Of a stretch of 64,000 nucleotides of DNA, positions 57,849-64,000 are shown in pieces; the stretch's first letter is position 1, and the number at the start of each line of letters is the position of its first letter. The translations under genes were made by a program, and so were the position numbers. Under the pieces are notes generated by a model that was not told where the DNA came from, made no database searches, and was given only the letters and a program-made list of their open reading frames with translations. The stretch comes from an uncultured Thiotrichaceae bacterium. Its GTDB lineage: Bacteria > Pseudomonadota > Gammaproteobacteria > SZUA-229. The stretch lies in the NCBI GenBank assembly GCA_964600755.1, contig CAZRKQ010000236.1, positions 812-64,811 of the forward strand, read 5' to 3'.

Positions 57849-59024
57849 ATGAAGGTTGATGTAGATGCAGTTATCGTTGGCGGTGGTATAGCAGGCTTGT
57901 GGACATTGGCCCGTCTGCGCGATGAAGGATACAGTGCAGTACTGCTTGAAGACGAAGCGCTCGGTGCCGGGCAGACCCGTTATGCGCAGGGCATCATACA
58001 CGGTGGCACCAAGTATGCCCTTACCGGCAAACTCACCGCATCATCTGAAGCAGTATCAAATATGCCATCTATCTGGCGTGCATGTCATGCAGGCAATGGC
58101 GAGCTTGATCTGAGCAGTGCTGCAATGATATCCGATGCGCACTACCTGTGGTCGACAGCAAACCTGGCGTCAAAAGTTACTGGTTTCTTTGCCAGTCAGG
58201 TCATGCGCGCGCGCACTACGGCGTTAAAGCCGGAACAACGTCCGGCAATTTTTCAGCACAAGAATTTCAAGGGAAGCATCTATCGTCTTGATGAACCGGT
58301 GTTCGACACCATCAGCGTGTTGCGTGCTTTAGCCGAGCCGGCAATGTCAGCTATTCCTGCAATCAGGAAAGGCAGCATGCAGTTGCTGTCTTCAAGCCTG
58401 AAAGTCGAAGCGGTGAATAGGGATGGCTATGAAATCGGTTTCAACAAATTGATACTGATGGCCGGGCAGGGTAACGAAGACCTGTTGTTGTCAGCAGGTT
58501 TAACCAGGCCCGCGATGCAGCTCAGGCCGTTAAAGATGGTGATGGTGCGCGGCGGTCTAACTGAAAAAGTGTTCGCGCATTGCATGGGTGCCGGTATCAA
58601 TCCCCGCGTTACCATTACAACGCACACAGATAATGATAATAACATCGTCTGGTATATAGGAGGGCAGCTCGCTGAAGATGGCGTACGTCGTTCCAATGAT
58701 GAACAAATCGCCAGGGCAGAGAAAGAGCTGGCCGCGCTGATTCCATGGCAGAAGCTGGATGCTGCGCAATGGGCAATACTGGATATTGATCGTGCCGAAG
58801 TCAGACATACCGATGGCCACAGGCCGGATACTTTCTACGTCGATCAACAGGGCGATATCATCACGGCCTGGCCAACGAAACTGGCACTTGCACCCTTGCT
58901 GGCCCAGCAGATAGTTGACCTGGTCTCTGGTATCGAGAAGACAACGGCAGAGTTGCCAGCCTGGCCGTCTGCGCCGTTGGCGGAGTTCCCCTGGTGCGAG
59001 CAAGCAAGATGGGGTAAGGCATGA
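57849..59024 (+). CDS. FAD-dependent oxidoreductase (DAO/GlpD-like), function unknown
   Basis: IVGGGIAG, GAGQT..AQGIIHGGTKY, WPTKLALAP. Confidence 0.8.
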   Translation: MKVDVDAVIVGGGIAGLWTLARLRDEGYSAVLLEDEALGAGQTRYAQGIIHGGTKYALTGKLTASSEAVSNMPSIWRACHAGNGELDLSSAAMISDAHYLWSTANLASKVTGFFASQVMRARTTALKPEQRPAIFQHKNFKGSIYRLDEPVFDTISVLRALAEPAMSAIPAIRKGSMQLLSSSLKVEAVNRDGYEIGFNKLILMAGQGNEDLLLSAGLTRPAMQLRPLKMVMVRGGLTEKVFAHCMGAGINPRVTITTHTDNDNNIVWYIGGQLAEDGVRRSNDEQIARAEKELAALIPWQKLDAAQWAILDIDRAEVRHTDGHRPDTFYVDQQGDIITAWPTKLALAPLLAQQIVDLVSGIEKTTAELPAWPSAPLAEFPWCEQARWGKA

Positions 59025-59791
59025 GGCTGAGGCCGCTGGGTTCAAGCGGCATCGATATCAGCCCGCTGGGTCTGGGTACGGTAAAAATAGGGCGTAACGA
59101 ACAGGTAAAGTATCCGCAGGGCTTCGACATACCCGATGACGCTCGTGTAAGCGAGTTGCTGAACCTGGCATGGGAGCTAGGCATCAACTTTATTGATACC
59201 GCCCCTGCCTACGGAAGCAGTGAAGTACGTCTTGGAAAATTACTACCTAATGCTGATGACTGGGTGATTATGACCAAGGTAGGTGAAATCTTCGAAAATG
59301 GTAAATCCAGGTTCGATTTTTCTGCAAAACATACCCGACAATCCATCGAAAACAGTTTGAAAAAACTCAAGCGTGACATGGTTGATGTTGTTCTGGTGCA
59401 TTCAGATGGCAACGATATGAACATCATCAATAATGAAGCCGCGCTGGAGACGCTGGACAAGATGAAGCAGGAGGGGTTGATACGCGCCTATGGTATGTCG
59501 ACCAAGACAATCGAAGGAGGCTGCTGGATTGTCGAGAACACGGATGTGGTTATGGCCACATATAACCTGGAAACAGATGACGAGCTGCCTGTCATTGAGC
59601 TCGCGCATGAATTAAACAAGGGTGTTGTTATCAAGAAGGGATTACAGAGTGGCCATGCAGACAGTGTAGAGGATGCATTCAGGCATGTGCTGGTACAGCC
59701 CGGTGTCAGCAGCATGATTATCGGTACTATCAACGCAAACCATCTGCGGGACAATGTCGCTATTTGCAACAACATTGTGTTTGATATCTAA
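59021..59791 (+). CDS. aldo/keto reductase
   Basis: LGLGTVK, IDTAPAYG, TKVG, DVVLVHS, YGMS, IIGT. Confidence 0.88.
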   Translation: MRLRPLGSSGIDISPLGLGTVKIGRNEQVKYPQGFDIPDDARVSELLNLAWELGINFIDTAPAYGSSEVRLGKLLPNADDWVIMTKVGEIFENGKSRFDFSAKHTRQSIENSLKKLKRDMVDVVLVHSDGNDMNIINNEAALETLDKMKQEGLIRAYGMSTKTIEGGCWIVENTDVVMATYNLETDDELPVIELAHELNKGVVIKKGLQSGHADSVEDAFRHVLVQPGVSSMIIGTINANHLRDNVAICNNIVFDI

Positions 59792-59806
59792 AGTTATATT
59801 TTATAC

Positions 59807-60913
59807 ATGGACGCCCTGAGATTTTTATTCATCATTGATGCGCTGGAGACAGGCGGTGCTGAAAGACTGGTATTGTCTTTGACAGAGAAGCTTATCGAGC
59901 TTGGGCACGATGTTAACTTGCTGGTTATAAAAGACGCCATAGCTCTGCAAGTGCCTACGGGTGTAAAATTGCACATTCTGAACTACAGGAAGTCAACTCT
60001 CCTTCCATATAACCTGCTGTTCGCAATCCGACTGCGTCGACTTGTATCCCGACTTGTTGAGGAAGACGGTGTATTTGAACTGATCACATCAAATCTGAAT
60101 TTGTCCAACCGTTTAACGCATATTGCCCGGTTGTCGAATGTTTATTACTGTGTGCATGAGGCGGTTTCAATTAGCAGCCTGGCGAAAAGAAAAGGATTGA
60201 AGCGGTTTTTCAGGAGATTGAGGTTCAAACGTATACTTGATGGGAAGGATATCATTACTGTTTCCGATGGTGTTAAGGATGATCTTCTGAATATCGTCAA
60301 CATTAAGCCTCGCAGCATAAAGGCAATATACAATGGTGTGAATTTCGGTAGAATAAAATCTTTGGCTGAAACAGGAGCAAATACCATTGCGGGTGAGTAT
60401 GTCGTTCATGTAGGCAGGCTTTCCAAAGAGAAACGTCATGACATCTTGCTGGCAGCTTTTAAAAAATCAGGAATTGATTGTAAGTTAGTAATAGTCGGAG
60501 ATGGACCAGAAAGATCTAACATCGAGCATATGGTCAGGAAGCTGGCATTGGAAGACAGGGTGATAATGACTGGCCGACTGGAAAACCCGTATCCAGTAAT
60601 GAAGGGTGCAATGATGACTTTGCTCTCATCTGATTATGAAGGGCTGCCAACTGTTTTGGTGGAATCAATTGTGCTATCAACGCCAGTCGTGAGTGTAGAT
60701 TGCCGATATGGACCTGGAGAAATCCTGGGAGAGAAGTATAAGAAATATCTGGCGCAGCAAGGTGATGTAGATGACCTGGCAGGTAAAATAAGGATGGCCA
60801 TGGATGATATTCAGCATAATCAGTTAGTGACTAGCCCTGCATACATAAAACAATTCGATATTGATAATGTAGTGAAGGAGTATATCAGCTTGGTGGTGAT
60901 GCTGCGCCTGTAG
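59807..60913 (+). CDS. GT4 family glycosyltransferase
   Basis: GGAER, YNGV, VGRLSKEK, SDYEGLPTVLVE. Confidence 0.9.
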   Translation: MDALRFLFIIDALETGGAERLVLSLTEKLIELGHDVNLLVIKDAIALQVPTGVKLHILNYRKSTLLPYNLLFAIRLRRLVSRLVEEDGVFELITSNLNLSNRLTHIARLSNVYYCVHEAVSISSLAKRKGLKRFFRRLRFKRILDGKDIITVSDGVKDDLLNIVNIKPRSIKAIYNGVNFGRIKSLAETGANTIAGEYVVHVGRLSKEKRHDILLAAFKKSGIDCKLVIVGDGPERSNIEHMVRKLALEDRVIMTGRLENPYPVMKGAMMTLLSSDYEGLPTVLVESIVLSTPVVSVDCRYGPGEILGEKYKKYLAQQGDVDDLAGKIRMAMDDIQHNQLVTSPAYIKQFDIDNVVKEYISLVVMLRL

Positions 60914-60982
60914 TAGGACGTTGATAGGATTTCGCATGAGAGCGCTATATATGAACGCAATAACTATTAGTGATGAATATCT

Positions 60983-62020
60983 GTGAATCCATCTGAAGTA
61001 TATCGATATCTAATAGTAGGCCCTTCATGGGTAGGTGATATGGTGATGGCTCAGTCATTGTTTATCACTTTGAAGAAGCTTCATCCTGGCTGCGTTATTG
61101 ATGTGGTCTCACCACAATGGTCATTACCGATTCTGGAGAGAATGCCAGAGGTAAAAAAGGGTATTGCATTGCCAGTGGCGCATGGAGAATTCAGCTTTAG
61201 TGCTCGATACAAACTTGGGCGATTGCTCAGAAACAGGAACTACGCCCATGCAATCGTGTTGCCAAGATCATGGAAATCAGCACTGGTACCGCTCTTTGCG
61301 GGGGTGCCGATACGTACAGGATACAAGGGTGAAATGCGCTATGGATTATTAAATGATATTCGTCACCTGAATACTACGGTTCTGACTCAGACAGTACAGC
61401 GTTATGTGGCTCATGCGTATGATGAATCCGAGTGTTCAGTGGCGCCGCCCGAGACCCCCTATCCTGAATTGCAGTCGGATAAACAAAATACAGACCGGAT
61501 ACTTGAGACGCTCCAACTGAATTTGGATAAGCCGATAATAGGGTATATGCCCGGAGCTGAGTATGGGCCGGCCAAGCAATGGCCGACGGAATATTTTGCA
61601 GAACTGGCGGCAATGTTGATTAAACAAGGCTACCAGGTGTGGGTGCTAGGTTCGGCGAAAGAAAAAGAACTGGGTGACGAGATAGTGAGAGAATTGCACT
61701 CTGAGGCATATAACTTGTGCGGAAAAACTGAGTTGGTGGATGTTGTTGATCTGATTGCATGTGTTGAGCAGGTTGTTAGCAATGACTCGGGTTTGATGCA
61801 TATTGCAGCCGCAATGGGTGTGAAAGTGAATGTGATTTATGGGTCATCGACGCCTGACTACACTCCACCCTTAACTGATGGTGCTGAAATTATATATAAG
61901 CGACTACCATGTAGCCCATGTTTTGCAAGAACATGTAAGTACAAGCATTATGATTGCTTAAGGAGAATATCACCTTCAGAGGTGTTTGATAAAATGCTGT
62001 CTATTAGAGAAGTTCAATAA
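60983..62020 (+). CDS. waaF: lipopolysaccharide heptosyltransferase II
   Basis: GPSWVGDMVM, PRSWKSAL, PGAEYGPAKQWP, SNDSGLMHIAAA, YGSSTPDYTPPL. Confidence 0.93.
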   Translation: MNPSEVYRYLIVGPSWVGDMVMAQSLFITLKKLHPGCVIDVVSPQWSLPILERMPEVKKGIALPVAHGEFSFSARYKLGRLLRNRNYAHAIVLPRSWKSALVPLFAGVPIRTGYKGEMRYGLLNDIRHLNTTVLTQTVQRYVAHAYDESECSVAPPETPYPELQSDKQNTDRILETLQLNLDKPIIGYMPGAEYGPAKQWPTEYFAELAAMLIKQGYQVWVLGSAKEKELGDEIVRELHSEAYNLCGKTELVDVVDLIACVEQVVSNDSGLMHIAAAMGVKVNVIYGSSTPDYTPPLTDGAEIIYKRLPCSPCFARTCKYKHYDCLRRISPSEVFDKMLSIREVQ

Positions 62021-62021
62021 T

Positions 62022-63365
62022 ATGTTTTTTTCATCAGCTATTCAGAAATACAGGCAATGGCTCGATAAGGCCGAGCCCACATTCAATACCTGTGCTAATC
62101 ACCTTATAGTGATTTTTGCTTTTTCAGTCCCAGTATTAGTTGAGGCCAGGAGAACAAGTCTGGCTTTATTGGTATTGTTGTTTCTAGCTCGTGGGCGAAT
62201 ATTTTTCCGTATGCGAGAGGTCTTGCGCGATCCTGTTGTATTGGCGTTCACACTGTATTTCCTGGTTCATGTGATTTGGGTGGTGGGTACGGATGATGTA
62301 ACTAGAGTCGGTGAAGTTATCCATGACGCAGCGTTTTTGTTAATTCCTTTGTTGTTTTCGACATTTATAGATAGCCGTTTTGTGCCAAGGATTACAAGTG
62401 CTTTTTTTGCTGGCATGCTTATTAGTGTTGTAATTTCATTTGGAATATTTTTTGAGTTGATGCCTGCCATGATGCATGATGGAAATCAGGGTGACTGGAG
62501 GGATCCGACGCCTTTTTATCATCATACCCATTATGGATACATGCTCGCACTAACGTCAGTATTATTGCTGCAGAAAATAATTTCATTAGATGACAATAGA
62601 GCTCTGAAGGCTTTTTCTTTTATTTTTATGGTAGTTGCTGCGGCAAATATATTCATTATCGCAGGTCGTAGTGGTTTTGTTTTGTTGGTAATCCTTTTGC
62701 CGGCTTTATATTTATTGGTGTACAGGAATAAAGCCCTCAAGCCACTGTTGGCAGTGTCGGTGATTATAACTTTGGCAACTGTGCTTGCGTATAATATAAG
62801 TCCAACGTTTAGTCACAGGATTGATACCACAAAGGAGTCCATCGAGAAAATTATTTACGATAAGGATTATTACTCATCACTTGGAGGCAGGGCTGCAATT
62901 ATAATAATTTCATTTGACTTGGTGTCTGATAACTGGGCTTTAGGAATGGGGACTGCTGATCATACGGGCGCAATACAAGAAATCATACAGGAGGAGTATA
63001 GTAATCTAACGTTCCTGTCGACAATACTGGCGCATCCTCACAATGAGTATCTCAATGCGTTACTTCAGTTTGGCATCCTTGGGTTAATAGTTTTTCTTAA
63101 TATTCCTTATCAATTGATGAGATATAAAAACGAGAATAAAGATAAGGAGATCATGTTCAAGTTGCTCGGGGTGGGTATATTATTTTATGTGCTTCAGGAT
63201 GTCATGGTTATAGATCTTGGTATGCTATTCACCACTGTGGTGTTAGTTGCTACTGGGTTGCGGAATTATGCGGTCACGAATGCCAGTTACGAGGAGTTCA
63301 GTTCGAAGCAAGGGGCTGTATATGTTTTGGCAATGGCGATATTTTATTTGCTTAAGCAAATATGA
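62022..63365 (+). CDS. O-antigen ligase family protein
   Basis: Multi-TM protein, GRSG, periplasmic loop YSSLGGR, HPHNEYL. Confidence 0.85.
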   Translation: MFFSSAIQKYRQWLDKAEPTFNTCANHLIVIFAFSVPVLVEARRTSLALLVLLFLARGRIFFRMREVLRDPVVLAFTLYFLVHVIWVVGTDDVTRVGEVIHDAAFLLIPLLFSTFIDSRFVPRITSAFFAGMLISVVISFGIFFELMPAMMHDGNQGDWRDPTPFYHHTHYGYMLALTSVLLLQKIISLDDNRALKAFSFIFMVVAAANIFIIAGRSGFVLLVILLPALYLLVYRNKALKPLLAVSVIITLATVLAYNISPTFSHRIDTTKESIEKIIYDKDYYSSLGGRAAIIIISFDLVSDNWALGMGTADHTGAIQEIIQEEYSNLTFLSTILAHPHNEYLNALLQFGILGLIVFLNIPYQLMRYKNENKDKEIMFKLLGVGILFYVLQDVMVIDLGMLFTTVVLVATGLRNYAVTNASYEEFSSKQGAVYVLAMAIFYLLKQI

Positions 63366-63414
63366 CCAGTTGCTCGAGCTCGCTATTTAATGACTACTTA
63401 ATGGTGTATTGATC

Positions 63415-64000
63415 TTGTCAAAAAATATTGGAGCCACGGCCGTAATGTGCTTCTCGAGTGGAGGCGGCGGCATGGAGCTGGACGCTATCAAGCTAGCTGA
63501 CTTGCTGTGTAACGATTGTGAGATTGTGCTGTTATGCAAGGAGGATTCATATATACATGAGCAGTACATGGAGGACCAGAAAGCATACGCGTGTGAGCCG
63601 ATTATGTTCAGAAGCAGAACATTCAGCCCGTCAATGCTGTTTAAGGTAAGGAGTATATTAAAATCGTATGAAATTAAAAATGTAATATATTTTGGCGCGT
63701 CTGAATTGAAAACGCTCTATTTTTCATTTCTCGGGTTTGATCTAAACGTAATTGTAAGGCACGGAACCACAAAAAGCACAGTCAAGCGGGGGCCAGTGCA
63801 TCAGCTGGTTTATTCATGCGTTAACTATCATGTGGCGCTGTCTAAACATCTGTTGAAAAATGCAAAAAGTATCGTCCCTGCCGACAAGCGTACTCAATTC
63901 AAAATAATCACTTCCTCCTATGCGCATAGCGATACACCTGATCAAAAAGAGCCTGCTGGCGACGTCCAGCAACTACAAATTATTCTCGTCGGAAGAGTCG
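63415..64000 (+). CDS. GT4 family glycosyltransferase (partial, runs off the window edge)
   Basis: Manual translation: ...CFSSGGGGMELDAI...RHGT...IILVGRV; start uncertain (TTG 63409/63415 or ATG 63445). Confidence 0.75.
   Translation, partial: MSKNIGATAVMCFSSGGGGMELDAIKLADLLCNDCEIVLLCKEDSYIHEQYMEDQKAYACEPIMFRSRTFSPSMLFKVRSILKSYEIKNVIYFGASELKTLYFSFLGFDLNVIVRHGTTKSTVKRGPVHQLVYSCVNYHVALSKHLLKNAKSIVPADKRTQFKIITSSYAHSDTPDQKEPAGDVQQLQIILVGRV

Overview
A 64-kb window from a gammaproteobacterium; the lineage is inferred from gene content and from the glnE-ilvE-LPS and thiD-thiE-rubredoxin synteny. No rRNA, tRNA, CRISPR array or intact transposase was recognised. Core genes include lpxD, thiDE, rubredoxin, a D-2-hydroxyacid dehydrogenase, znuA/zur-znuCB with a perfect Zur box, nadC, argA, ilvD, ydbH-ynbE-ydbL, phoH, lemA-htpX, moxR-DUF58-tgpA, argE, glnE, ilvE, hldE, waaF, an O-antigen ligase and GT4 glycosyltransferases. 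The main accessory block (about 24.4-45.6 kb) has two parts. (1) A porin-multiheme cytochrome conduit on the minus strand: a ferric-reductase-like diheme-b membrane protein, a 21-heme cytochrome, a 15(+1)-heme cytochrome and a SPOR-TPR-beta-barrel. It is divergently paired with a membrane-anchored, circularly permuted ferredoxin/FAD/NAD(P)H oxidoreductase and an exported SEL1-ankyrin protein. Together these could form a direct NAD(P)H-to-cell-surface electron wire (inference). (2) An F7-like chemosensory cluster split into two divergent arms and bracketed by two inverted ~230-bp MITE-like elements. Intergenic regions hold several palindromic REP/MITE-like repeat families, including a triply nested inverted-repeat structure at 18.8-19.4 kb. 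Other oddities are a degenerate YjbQ paralog, a doubly frameshifted methyltransferase, an unannotated 52-aa acidic ORF, a REC-degenerate-GGDEF protein with an intact I-site, and a STAS protein with a histone-H1-like tail. All calls come from reading motifs by eye; no searches were run.
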